Source: Microcoleus sp.
Lineage (GTDB): Bacteria > Cyanobacteriota > Cyanobacteriia > Cyanobacteriales > Microcoleaceae
Assembly: GCA_052279835.1 (NCBI GenBank)
Contig: CP181291.1
Location: forward strand, 2,496,001-2,560,000
Direction of reading: 5' to 3'
Length of the DNA: 64,000 nucleotides
The notes beneath the pieces are model-generated. The model was not told the origin of the DNA. It saw only the letters and a list, made by a program, of their open reading frames with translations, and did not search any database. The first letter of the stretch is position 1. Each line of letters begins with the position of its first letter. The position numbers and the translations under genes were made by a program. This document shows, piece after piece, positions 9,155 to 19,900 of the stretch.

Positions 9155-10615
9155 ATGGAAGTTTACTGCACGCGCCCAGGATGTCCGCGCCCTCAAAACT
9201 ATTTTCCCGATCTCGATGACAGTTCGCTGCTGAAAACTGTGCAGCAAAGGTATTGCAAAACCTGTGGAATGCCCCTGATTCTGAGCGGCCGCTATTTGCC
9301 GGTCAGGCTTTTGGGTCAAGGCGGTTTTGGGGCTGCCTTTCTGGCTCGCGATCGCTATACTCCGGCGATGCGGCAGTGCGTTGCTAAACTGTTGCAACCG
9401 TCGGTGAGTCTGACTCCGGCACAACTAACAATCGCTCAGAATCTGTTTGAACGGGAAGCGGCGGTTTTGGAAGAACTGGGCAACGAACACCCGCAAATTC
9501 CGAGTTTGCTGGCTTTTTTTGAGTTGACTGTTCCCAGTTTGCAGGCGGGGAAAACCGATCAGTTTTTCTATCTGGTTCAAGAATTTATTGATGGTGAAAA
9601 TTTGGAGCAGGAACTGGCTGTAAAAGGCAAGTTTTCGGAATCGGAAACGGTGGAAGTATTGCGGGAAATTTTGAAGGTTCTCGATTTTGTTCACTCTCGC
9701 GGTTCGATTCACCGGGATATTAAACCTGCTAATATTATGCGGGGGAAAAATGGTCGGCTTTATCTATTAGATTTTGGGGCGGTTAAACAGGTAACTCAAA
9801 GTGCAGGAAGTGCTAAAGCTTCTACTGGGATTTATTCTTTGGGTTATGCTCCCCCAGAACAAATGAATGGCCAAGAGGTTTATCCGGCTACGGATTTGTA
9901 TGCTTTGGGTGTGACTTGTATTACTTTGCTGAGTGGTTTGCAGCCGACGGAGTTGTTTGATAGTTACAGAAATGAGTGGAATTGGCATTCGCGGGTGCAG
10001 ATTAACTCGCGTTTGGCTCAAGTTCTCGATCGAATGTTGTTATCAGCTCCCAGCCAGCGTTTTCAATCTGTGGCCCTGGTGGAAGTGGCTCTCAAGTCGG
10101 GGCCTCAACCACATTCTCAACAGTCTACTGTCGTCGTGGCACCGCCTCCGATAGGGACTCCGCAGCCCCCTCCCGCACCGCAGCCGCTGCCTCCTACGGT
10201 AATTCCTGGGACTGCTCCGGGAGGCTTGCAACCTTCGCCGAGAGGGTCTTTTTCGATCTGGGAGGTGTTGTCGGGGGCTGCGTTTACGGGTTTTGAGGGA
10301 GGGTTGCTGGCGATCGCCCTGACGAGTTTGCTGCCCTCTCCTGGGCTGAGTATGGGATTGTTGGGGATGATTCTGGGGGGGCTGATTTATGGTCAATATC
10401 GCCGAACGCTCGAAGTAACTGAGATGTTGACTATTGGCGCTGGTACTCTGGCTTTGTTGGTGTTTTTCCCGGCTTTGCGATCGGCGGCAACTGTGATTTA
10501 TCCTGGTGCTACTATCATGGGCGTGTTGTTTGTGGGGTGGTTGGGGGCTTTAGGTGCGATCGCTGCAACTGCTATATTTCGTTTGATTTATAAGTTTCTT
10601 TCTCATCTTTTTTAA
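9155..10615 (+). CDS. Ser/Thr protein kinase with 4-Cys N-terminal prefix, Pro-rich linker and C-terminal TM helices
   Basis: YCTRPGC...YCKTCG, LGQGGFG, HRDIKPAN, DFG, GYAPPEQ. ATG at 9155 preferred over TTG at 9149. Confidence 0.9.
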   Translation: MEVYCTRPGCPRPQNYFPDLDDSSLLKTVQQRYCKTCGMPLILSGRYLPVRLLGQGGFGAAFLARDRYTPAMRQCVAKLLQPSVSLTPAQLTIAQNLFEREAAVLEELGNEHPQIPSLLAFFELTVPSLQAGKTDQFFYLVQEFIDGENLEQELAVKGKFSESETVEVLREILKVLDFVHSRGSIHRDIKPANIMRGKNGRLYLLDFGAVKQVTQSAGSAKASTGIYSLGYAPPEQMNGQEVYPATDLYALGVTCITLLSGLQPTELFDSYRNEWNWHSRVQINSRLAQVLDRMLLSAPSQRFQSVALVEVALKSGPQPHSQQSTVVVAPPPIGTPQPPPAPQPLPPTVIPGTAPGGLQPSPRGSFSIWEVLSGAAFTGFEGGLLAIALTSLLPSPGLSMGLLGMILGGLIYGQYRRTLEVTEMLTIGAGTLALLVFFPALRSAATVIYPGATIMGVLFVGWLGALGAIAATAIFRLIYKFLSHLF

Positions 10616-10656
10616 TCAAGCTAAATCTATGCCAAATCAGAATTTAGTAGGCGGTG

Positions 10657-10799
10657 TAATATCGTTTCCGATTGTATCGGAATGATTTAACCGCGAAGGC
10701 GCTAAGGACGACCCCCCCCTGCCCCCCCCAAGGGGGGAAAGAGGAAGAGAAGAGAGAGTAGAGAGATGAATAATTCGGATGCTACCGGATTTGATATCA
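10657..10799 (+). mobile_element. MITE-like element (TATC..TCCG...CGGATTTGATA ends) carrying a C6-TT-G8-CA-G8 module
   Basis: Imperfect terminal inverted repeats; core nearly identical to the reverse complement of about 40340-40420. Confidence 0.7.
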
Positions 10800-10913
10800 G
10801 AAAGCACTTTGCGGTTGTGACTTTTTTCCTAGTCTCCAGCCCCAAAATTAGTCGAATTGACTCTAGCGCGATCGGTGGCGGATGCGCTAAGCGGCTACAG
10901 ATAACTCTAAAAA

Positions 10914-11639
10914 TCAGAGCTTTGACATGAAATCCAGACTGGGAAATTCCTGTATGTTTTGGGAATTGGTTAAATCCAATTTCCCTACCTCAAATTTTTC
11001 CTGTTTTCGATTTAACCAAATTGATTTTAATCCAGCATTTATAGCACCGCAATAATCTGCTTTGAAACTATCGCCGATATGCACAACATTTGCAGCAATG
11101 CAGTGGTGTTTTTGCAAAGCGGTAGTGAAAATTTTTGAGTCTGGTTTGGCCGCACCAACTTCGGTGGAAATGGTCACTGATGTGAAATATTCTGCTAAAT
11201 TTAGTGCTTTTAATACGGCATAAAGTCGTGAATCAAAATTCGAGACTACGGCTAATTCTATTCCTTGTTGCTGCCACCTCTTTAATGCGGGTAACACATC
11301 GGGATAGACAAACCAAGGTTCGGCGGTGGCAAAATGAGCGTACAGTTCGGCAAAGAAATGGGGAAAGTCTGAGAATTGATTGAAAACGCCTGCTATTTGA
11401 AAAGCGTTAGCGCAAACTGCTTGCCACCATTCAAATTCTAGTTGGGGAATTTTGGCTGATTCTATTCCGGGAAATGCCATCGGAGTTGAGTTGGCAAAAC
11501 TTTGGAAAAATGCTGTATTTAACTCTTCGTTAGAAACAGTTATTCCCCAACTGCTGGCAAATTTTCCGTAGACTTCGCCGACGCTACCGCGCACGTCAAA
11601 TAGTGTGCCTGCGGCATCTAAAAAAATTACTTTTGTCAT
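10914..11639 (-). CDS. HAD-superfamily hydrolase
   Basis: IFLDAAGTL, VVSNFD, AAKPD, HIGDS motifs. Confidence 0.9.
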   Translation of the reverse strand: MTKVIFLDAAGTLFDVRGSVGEVYGKFASSWGITVSNEELNTAFFQSFANSTPMAFPGIESAKIPQLEFEWWQAVCANAFQIAGVFNQFSDFPHFFAELYAHFATAEPWFVYPDVLPALKRWQQQGIELAVVSNFDSRLYAVLKALNLAEYFTSVTISTEVGAAKPDSKIFTTALQKHHCIAANVVHIGDSFKADYCGAINAGLKSIWLNRKQEKFEVGKLDLTNSQNIQEFPSLDFMSKL

Positions 11640-11746
11640 TTGTTATTTGTTATTTGTTATTTGTTATTGGTTGTTGGTTGTTGGTTGTTAGATACTTCGG
11701 CGGTTGAAACCGCTACTATACAAACAAAGTCCGCCTACGCGGACTA
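11640..11746. repeat. Heptamer array (TTATTTG/TTGGTTG) plus REP-like double hairpin
   Basis: Tandem heptamers followed by GCGGTTGAAACCGC and AGTCCGCCTACGCGGACT. Confidence 0.7.
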
Positions 11747-11791
11747 ATGAATACAGTTAATTGTCAAAAATTAATAATTAACAATTAACCA

Positions 11792-12985
11792 TTAACTTTT
11801 TAACAAATCTTGAATCGGTCTGCTAATCCAATTGAAACCAACTTTCACTTGATGGTCAAAGGTTGGCATTCGATAGAGATAGGCTAAGCGGCGAGCAATG
11901 TGGGCTAGTTGTCCGTCGAGTTGAATTCCTAAACCTGCCATGGTGGCGTTGTCTATTCCTAATGTCATCATTTCTCCTAGCGGCTGATACCGGAAAGGAA
12001 GTAAAGGCCGACCGGTGAGGGAAGCCCAGATGTTCCAGGCTGTGTAGTCAGCTTGCTGGAAGGCTACTTGGGCTGTGCTGGGAACTTTTTGGTCGGTGGC
12101 GTCGTGACATTCGGCTATATCTCCTAGGGCAAATATGTCTGGACGATCGACTATTTGCAATGTGGGGGTAGTGATTAGTTGACCGCGTTGGTTTTGTTTG
12201 AGAGGAAGCGATCGCACTGCTTGACTAACTTGAGTTCCTACTGTCCACAATACTATGTCTACCGGCAGAATATCTAATTGTCCTTTGTACATTAAGGAAA
12301 TTGTGTCTGATCCGATCGAGTCTACGCTAGTTTCTAAGTCGGTCCAAACTTGTCGTTTTTCTAAGGCTTTTCTGGCTGCGTCTCGGTTGAACTCCGGCGA
12401 TGTCCGCAAAATCATGTCGCTTTGTTCGACTAACCGCACGCGACCTTTTTCTCCGAGTCGATCGGCTAGTTTGCAAGCCAATTCTACTCCAGAATAACCG
12501 GCACCGACGATCGCCACCCGAATTTTGTCGGTATTTTTGGCTTCTAAAAATCGCAGTCTTTCTTCTAGTCGGTAAGCGTCCTTGAGTGTGCGAAATGAAT
12601 AAGCATACTCAACTGCACCATTGACCATATCTAGAGGGGTTTCGCCTCCTAAAGCTAACACGAGGCGATCGCACGCAAATTCTGGGCCGTCGTGTAATTG
12701 GACTCGTTTTGTTTCTAAGTCGATGCCACAGACAGTGCCTTGACAAAAGCGCACCCCTGTGTTTTCTAATAGTTCGGTAAAGGGTGGGGCAATTTCCCAA
12801 CTTTGTAGTTCGTTGGTTAGGAGTTCGTACAGCAGGGGCACGAACAGGAATCGATCGCGGCGATCGACTAGGACGATTTCGGGTTTTTCGGCTTTGGGGA
12901 AGGGTAACTGACTTAAACGCAGGGCCGTGTAGAGTCCGCCGAAGCCTCCGCCAAGAATGCAAATCCGGGGTTGTTGTTGAGTCAT
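11792..12985 (-). CDS. ndbB: Type II NADH dehydrogenase-like FAD oxidoreductase, NdbB type (demethylphylloquinone reductase)
   Basis: PRICILGGGFGGLYTALRL, WEIAPPF, IVGAGYSGVELA, TAQVAFQQAD. Confidence 0.8.
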   Translation of the reverse strand: MTQQQPRICILGGGFGGLYTALRLSQLPFPKAEKPEIVLVDRRDRFLFVPLLYELLTNELQSWEIAPPFTELLENTGVRFCQGTVCGIDLETKRVQLHDGPEFACDRLVLALGGETPLDMVNGAVEYAYSFRTLKDAYRLEERLRFLEAKNTDKIRVAIVGAGYSGVELACKLADRLGEKGRVRLVEQSDMILRTSPEFNRDAARKALEKRQVWTDLETSVDSIGSDTISLMYKGQLDILPVDIVLWTVGTQVSQAVRSLPLKQNQRGQLITTPTLQIVDRPDIFALGDIAECHDATDQKVPSTAQVAFQQADYTAWNIWASLTGRPLLPFRYQPLGEMMTLGIDNATMAGLGIQLDGQLAHIARRLAYLYRMPTFDHQVKVGFNWISRPIQDLLKS

Positions 12986-13478
12986 GGTGTTTTGAGGGGC
13001 GATCGATTCTGGGCAACTTATTTATTGTAACGAGATGGGGAGTGGGAGAGGGGGGGAGTGAAAAAGAGGGGGAGTGGAAGAGAGGAGATAATTTTGATTA
13101 TTGCTGCTTCCCCCTCCCGATAGAGGTAATTAAACCCAATACAAGTTACGAATTTTCACAGAAGCAAAAAATCAGGAAGACTGAGGCTAAAGTTAGGTCG
13201 ATCGCTGTTTTTGCCTCGATCCCCACCCCTGTCTTCCCGCTGCTACCAGTCTCAGACGATCGATCCCGTGCCAAAACCTCTGTTTATCCCAAACCCTAGC
13301 CTCCACTGTATTTCCGACTCTATACATTTCCCTATTAGCGGCTATCAAATTTTCTGAATGTTTAAACAACAAATTATATACTATATTAATCAATAAGGAA
13401 TTCTTGTTTTAATCAAATTCACTTTTTATGGGCCATCTACTTTAATATTTCAACCCGCACTCACCAGCGTAAAAAAAT

Positions 13479-15857
13479 ATGCAAATTTACTCAAATTCAT
13501 CTAAAGTTACGGAGGGCGCAACTCCTAGTGAAGCAGATTCATTTTTGTTAAACAGTGAAGAAACATATAAAACTTTAGTGGCTAATATTCCTGGTGCTAT
13601 CTACCGTTGTATCTGGGACTTGAGCGACCCCACGGCTGGTAAACGGAGGATGGCTTTTTTGAGCGAGGCGATTCAAGAAATATCAGGCTATCCCGCCTCG
13701 GATTTTGTTAACGATCGCGTCCGTGATTTTGCTAGCATTATTCATCCTCAAGACCGCAAGAATGTCGAAGCTTTGTTGCTGCAAAGTGTGGTATCTAAAA
13801 CTCCCTACATCCTGGAATACCGGATTGTCAGACATGACGGCGGTATTAGCTGGGTTTATGAAAAAGGCAAACCTGTTTATTGCCAAGTAAAAGAGGCGAA
13901 TTTGGCATCTAATTCCCAGGAAATACCAAGGGAATTAGATTTAAAAACAGAAATAGAAAATGGTAATATCACCGATTTGAAATCAGCAGAAAAATTTCGG
14001 GATTCCTTAGTCTCCTACCCTGGCCAAATCCCTGATTCGCAGTTGGTAGTGGTTTGTTTCGACGGGGTAATTTTGGATATTACCGATCGCAGACAGACAG
14101 AAGAAATACTCAGGGAGAGAGAGAGTTATTACCGCTGCATTGTGGAGACTGCTTCCGAGGGCGTTTGGATGTTCGACTCAGAAAGCAAAACGACTTTTGC
14201 GAATTCTCGGATGGCAGAAATGCTAGGGTATACAGTGGAGGAAATTCAGGGGCGATCGCTCTTTGAATTTATTGACGACAATACTAAGGAAATTGCCAAT
14301 ATTTACGTGCAGCGACGACGCCAAGGTATCCGGGAACGCCACGATTTTCAGTTTACTCGCAAAGATGGCTCTCACTTGTGGGCGATCGTCTCTGCGACAC
14401 CGATGTTTGATGTCAACGGCGAATTTTCTGGGGTTTTGCGGATGATTACTGATATTAGCGATCGCAAACAAGCCGAAGCGGAATTGCGACAAACCCTCCA
14501 AGAACTAGAATTTGAAAAATTTGCCTTGGATCAATCTGCGATCGTCTCGAATACCGACGAGTTCGGCGCTATTACTTATGTCAACGACCAATTTTGCGAA
14601 CTCTTTAAATACGATCGAGAAGAACTGATTGGCAAAACTCACCTAGTGGTCAATTCTAGCTATCACTCTGCCGATTTTTTTAAGCGGCTTTGGTCAACCA
14701 TTCGCCAGGGGAATGTTTGGCGGGGAGAGCTGAAAAATCTAGCTAAAGATGGCACATATTTTTGGTTAGATACTACCATTGTACCTTGCTTAAACAGCAA
14801 AGGGAAACCCCATCAATATGTAGCAATCAGCAAAAATATTACAGCTCGAAAAAAAGCCGAAGAAGCTGTGCGACTTTCTGAAAGTGAATTGAGGACTAAA
14901 AATCAAGAATTGGCAAAGGCTTTGCGGGATGTGCAGCAAACTCAAAGCCTGATGGTACAAAATGAAAAAATGGTCAGCTTGGGGCAATTGGTAGCTGGAG
15001 TAGCTCACGAAATTAACAATCCCGTCAGCTTTATTTACGGCAATGTCATGCACGCTGACGATTACTTTCAAGACTTGTTAAAAATGCTGCTACTTTATCA
15101 GGAAGAATACCCTGAACCCACCGAAGCAATTCGAGAAGAGATAGATGATATCGATTTAAATTTTCTGCTTCAAGATTTGCCAAAACTCTTAAATTCGATG
15201 AAAATGGGAGCTGAGCGAATTCGCCAAATTGTACTCTCGCTGAAAAATTTTTCACGGTTGGATGAAGCAGGACAAAAGCACGTAGATATTCATGAAGGTA
15301 TTGACAGCAGTTTGTTGATTTTGCAGCATAGGCTGAAAGAAACGCCGGGACATCCTAAAATTTTGCTAGTCAAAGAATACGGCGATTTGCCTTGCGTACA
15401 GTGTTATGCTGGGCAATTGAATCAGGTATTTATGAATATTATTGGCAATGCCATTGATGCTTTGGAAGAAGCTATGGAAACTGGGCAGTGGGCTGAGGAT
15501 GTGAATTCATTTATTCCTTCTTGTCCTTCGCCAACGTTGCGGATTTGTACGGAAGTAAAGTATGAACCGGATGTGTTGATGGAAAGAGACAATGTTGTTT
15601 ATGATGCTTCTAGCCGGAATCCCACTCATATTGTAATTCGGATTGCTGACAACGGGCCAGGAATTCCAGCAGCAGTTCACCAAAGGCTGTTCGATCCTTT
15701 TTTCACGACAAAAGCACCGGGAAAAGGGACTGGTTTGGGGCTGTCGATTAGTTATCAAATTGTGGTGGAAAAGCACGGCGGACAGTTGCATTGCTATTCA
15801 GCGCCCGGTCAAGGAACCGAATTTGCGATCGAGATTCCTATAGTTAGCAGTCATTAG
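13479..15857 (+). CDS. Multi-PAS sensor histidine kinase
   Basis: Three PAS/PAC units, H-box VAHEINNP, N-box NAIDA, DNGPG and GTGLGL. Confidence 0.92.
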   Translation: MQIYSNSSKVTEGATPSEADSFLLNSEETYKTLVANIPGAIYRCIWDLSDPTAGKRRMAFLSEAIQEISGYPASDFVNDRVRDFASIIHPQDRKNVEALLLQSVVSKTPYILEYRIVRHDGGISWVYEKGKPVYCQVKEANLASNSQEIPRELDLKTEIENGNITDLKSAEKFRDSLVSYPGQIPDSQLVVVCFDGVILDITDRRQTEEILRERESYYRCIVETASEGVWMFDSESKTTFANSRMAEMLGYTVEEIQGRSLFEFIDDNTKEIANIYVQRRRQGIRERHDFQFTRKDGSHLWAIVSATPMFDVNGEFSGVLRMITDISDRKQAEAELRQTLQELEFEKFALDQSAIVSNTDEFGAITYVNDQFCELFKYDREELIGKTHLVVNSSYHSADFFKRLWSTIRQGNVWRGELKNLAKDGTYFWLDTTIVPCLNSKGKPHQYVAISKNITARKKAEEAVRLSESELRTKNQELAKALRDVQQTQSLMVQNEKMVSLGQLVAGVAHEINNPVSFIYGNVMHADDYFQDLLKMLLLYQEEYPEPTEAIREEIDDIDLNFLLQDLPKLLNSMKMGAERIRQIVLSLKNFSRLDEAGQKHVDIHEGIDSSLLILQHRLKETPGHPKILLVKEYGDLPCVQCYAGQLNQVFMNIIGNAIDALEEAMETGQWAEDVNSFIPSCPSPTLRICTEVKYEPDVLMERDNVVYDASSRNPTHIVIRIADNGPGIPAAVHQRLFDPFFTTKAPGKGTGLGLSISYQIVVEKHGGQLHCYSAPGQGTEFAIEIPIVSSH

Positions 15858-15902
15858 TCACTTAACTAATTCCAAATTCCCCATTACCCCTTACCAATTT
15901 CT

Positions 15903-16328
15903 ATGAAATATCATGTAATTTACGACGGCAATTGCAATCTCTGCGTCACCTTAGTGCAGCTACTGGAAAACTTAGATCGAGGTCAGAGATTTGAGTATAT
16001 TCCTATGCAAGATTTACAGGAATTAGAGCATTTTGGGATAACTTCTGGTGACTGCGAAATGGGGATGATTTTGATAGATAGTGACACACCTCAACGGCGT
16101 TGGCAAGGTAGCGATGCGGCGGAGGAAATCGGGCGAATATTACCCGGAGGTGAGGTATTTGTGGCTGCTTACCGTGCCATGCCGGGGATGAAGTGGATGG
16201 GGGATCGCGTTTACGAACAAGTGCGGGACAATCGCTATACTTTATTTGGCAAGCGTTCTACCACTTACAAATCAGTTTATGCTATTGGCTGTCGGGCGAT
16301 CGACAATTGCGATCGTAGCAAGGACTAA
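15903..16328 (+). CDS. DCC1-like thiol-disulfide oxidoreductase (DUF393 type)
   Basis: IYDGNCNLC and YEQVRDNRYTLFG motifs. Confidence 0.85.
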   Translation: MKYHVIYDGNCNLCVTLVQLLENLDRGQRFEYIPMQDLQELEHFGITSGDCEMGMILIDSDTPQRRWQGSDAAEEIGRILPGGEVFVAAYRAMPGMKWMGDRVYEQVRDNRYTLFGKRSTTYKSVYAIGCRAIDNCDRSKD

Positions 16329-16406
16329 AATCCTTGCTACTAACCTGTTCTTAGTCAGGACTTTATTCCTCAAAAACCAGGTTTGTAGTCAGGAATTTAG
16401 TCCTCA
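16314..16406. repeat. REP-like GTAGTCAGGACTTTAGTCCT family cluster between convergent genes
   Basis: Hairpin GTAGCAAGGA-CTAAAA-TCCTTGCTAC plus two related arms; similar copies at 31811, 36883 and 40458. Confidence 0.7.
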
Positions 16407-16829
16407 AAAAGATGGATTAAAGAGATTAAATATCTCCTGGCAAAAATGTTTGAGTTTTTGTGACGACTCCGCAGCAGGTTCGGTTGGGCCAAGAAAACTC
16501 CAACTTTCCACAGTAGAAAAACGCCACTGTTGACCAGTATGATCGTAGCCGGCTGCTTCAACTCCGATCGCCCGCCGAGATCCTTCTACCGGATCTTGGT
16601 AAAATCGGATTTGAATCAGGATGCTGCGGCTTTGTAACAAGCGACTTCTACCTGGAAAATGAAAGCCAATGTCAATAGAATCGGGATCGACAAGTTCTCT
16701 AGTATCTGCGTCATTCATCCAAGGTTTCAAATCGACTTTCACATCCGGGAATTCCGATTTGAATAAATTAACAACCGCAGCAATTTTGCTCGTAAGTTCA
16801 ATATTTTTAGCTTGTTCGGCAGCGTTCAC
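16404..16829 (-). CDS. Conserved hypothetical protein
   Basis: GTG start at 16829 preceded by AGGAG (ORF track extends to 16853); DLKPW, DPDSIDIGFHFPG. Confidence 0.75.
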   Translation of the reverse strand: MNAAEQAKNIELTSKIAAVVNLFKSEFPDVKVDLKPWMNDADTRELVDPDSIDIGFHFPGRSRLLQSRSILIQIRFYQDPVEGSRRAIGVEAAGYDHTGQQWRFSTVESWSFLGPTEPAAESSQKLKHFCQEIFNLFNPSF

Positions 16830-16969
16830 TGGCAAAACTCCTATCAAATACACTTATGACATTTAGCTAACAATGTAACTGCATACTGCCGAATCTAGAC
16901 TGTAAACAGCGGACTTTTTCCCAGATAATTAGACATTGACAAATTTTTAAATATATGTTAATCCCTATC

Positions 16970-19900
16970 TTAATCCAACTGTAGGGCGATCGCAAATTCT
17001 GTCCCTGTTCCCACTACCGAATCACAAGTCAGTTTGCCACCGTGGGTTTCTTCCACAATTTGACGACTGATAGATAAACCCAACCCTGTCCCTTTTCCAA
17101 CACCTTTGGTAGTGAATAAATGGTCAAAAATCCGCGCTACAACTTCCTCAGAAATTCCCCTGCCATTATCTCCAATCTTAATGACAACTATTTGATGCTC
17201 GTCATCAATTTGAGTTTTGATAGTAATGATATTAGGAGCGAGTTCAATCTCATCAAAACTCCGACCTTTATTTGCTTCTTCAAAACAGTCGATCGCGTTT
17301 GCCAGAATATTCATAAACACCTGATTCAACTGTCCCAAATAACACTTAACTTTTGGGATATTTCCATACTCCTTAACCACTTGAATCAGGGGACGGTCGG
17401 AATTAGCTTTTAAGCGATGCTGTAAAATCATTAAAGTGCTGTCAATCCCTTCATGGATATCTGCCGATACTTTTTGGCTAGTGTCAGCACGGGAGAAGGT
17501 GCGGAGAGATGTGCTAATATTGCGAATGCGATCGCACCCAACTTTCATCGACCCCAACATTTTCGGCAAATCTTGTATAAGATACTCTAAATCAATATCT
17601 TCAGCATCCTGTTCAATTTTTGAGCTTGGAGCTGTCACTTCTTCCTGATATAACTTCAAATGGTTAATCAAATCAGCAACACTCCTATTAGCTTCGTTAA
17701 TATTCCCCGCAATAAAACCAACCGGATTATTGATTTCGTGAGCGACACCAGCCACTAAATTACCCAAAGAAGACATTTTTTCACTTTGAATTAATTGCAG
17801 TTGTGCTTGTTGTAGTTCCGAGAAAGACTTTTCTAATAGTTGAGATTTTTCTTGCTCGCGAGCGTACAAACTAGCATTCTCAATCGCTATAGCAACTTGA
17901 GTAACTAAAACCTTTAAAACTTCTACCCTGTCGGTGGTAAAAGCTCCGGCTGTTAACTTATTTTCTAGATAAATAATCCCTTGCAGATGGGATTGATAAA
18001 TAATTGGCAAACACAGAATTGATTTAATTTGAAATTCTCTAATATAGACATCTGCCTGAAAAAATTCAGCAACATTCCCATCCTCCAATACCAGAGGCTG
18101 TTGACTGCGAAAAACATAGTTAATCACAGAAATTGGCAAATCTTGACTGTTTTCCAAGGGTATAGATTGTAAAATAGTTGCCGTGCTATCTGTAGAATTA
18201 CCTACTGCTTCAATGCAGAGTCCATCGCCTTTAAGCAGCAACAGCACGACTTTTTGAGCCGCCGCATTTTCTAAAAGGATTTTAATTAATTTTGTCAACA
18301 AGTTTTCGAGAACAATTTCACTGTTAATCGCTTGCGAAGACTTAATAAAAGTAGCCACGTCTAAGAAATCGCCCAAACCATTGCTGGTAGTGCTTCCAGT
18401 GGTAGTGCGCGTGACATCGAGGGTTGTGCTTGGGGCTTGGGTGGTGCGTGTTTGTGTTAACAAAAAAGGATGTATTGACTCTAAGTGTTTAACTTTTGCT
18501 AGAGCTCCCCAGCGGATGTAGCCGTAATAAGCTTTAGTCAGATATGCTTGAGCAATTATCTGTTTTCCCAGATATTGATAGAATTCTCCGGCTAATTCAT
18601 AAGCTAAGGCTTCATCTTGAAGATAACCGTTTTTGGCAGCGCCAGCAATTGCGCGATCGTACAATTCCATTGCTTCGGAATTTTGCCCCAACACTCGCGC
18701 TTTTTCGCCTGCTACCAAGTCGTATTTGTGCTGGTAATTCATGGGAGCATTAACCGCCCATTTCTTCATCTTATTTAGGATTTCTACCACTTTTTTGAAA
18801 TATTGCTTTTGCTCCTCTTTTTCAGCTTGGGGATACAAAGCCAGGAGACTCAAGGAGTAGTAGAATTTACTCACAGAAACTATATAAAATCCCGCTGCTA
18901 CTTCTTCGTATTTCTCGAACAACCGTGAATTTTCTACAGATTCGGTGTAGTTTTTAAACATATAATTCAGCATAGCTTTGGCATTATAAGCCAAACAAAC
19001 TAAAACAAAGCTTTTACCTTCAATCAAAGCTGGTAGCAATTTGAATTCATTAAAAATTTCTCCCACTAAATGACAGGTATCAGTAGTTTTTCCACACAAG
19101 TTTAGGGCGATTTCTTTCTCTATACTTATAGACAGCCAAGAGCTTTCTTGTTTAAGTTGCTGCATTAGTTTCACATACTTATCTGTCTCCTCTGCAACCA
19201 CATCTAGAGGCTTTCCCATCCACAGTGTATAAGTACAATATATATTAATAGAATAACCAGCATATTCCAATTCTCCTGCTTCCATCCCGCTTTGAAAACC
19301 TTCCTTGAGATAACCTAATGCAGACTTGAGTTCGACTTTCCAAGGTAGAATAAAAGCACCAAGACCTGTATAAACTTTACTTTTAATTGAACGAGATGAA
19401 CATTTTTCTAATAGCTTAATTCCCAGTTGGCCGAATTGATAGGCCAAACTAAAGTCCCCTAGCTTGGACAGAACTGCGCCATAATAAACGTAAGCGACAC
19501 TAGCATAAGGCGAATTTCCATATTTAATACACAGCTTGACCATCGTAAAGGTCAGCAGCGGTACCAGTAGGGGCTTGGCTGCAATAGCAGATCCGAGAAT
19601 CACTGATAAAATTCGCATGGCTGCTTGTTTGTCAGGAGCGGTCATTTCTGGTAAGGTTGCTAAGTCGTTAATTGGCTTAGTTCCTAATCTCAGCTTGCTC
19701 TCGATCAGTCCTAGCACAATATTCGGAACCTTGGGATTTTCAGGAAAATGAATGCCTAACAGTTTGAGCACTTCTAGTCCTGTATTTAGGGCTTCTATGA
19801 GTCTATTCTGAACATTATAGGACTGGAGTTGAAGTTCGTAGACATTGAGTTTTTCCAGGAGAGTTTTAGCTTGAATCAAGGTAAAATCAACTAATCTCTT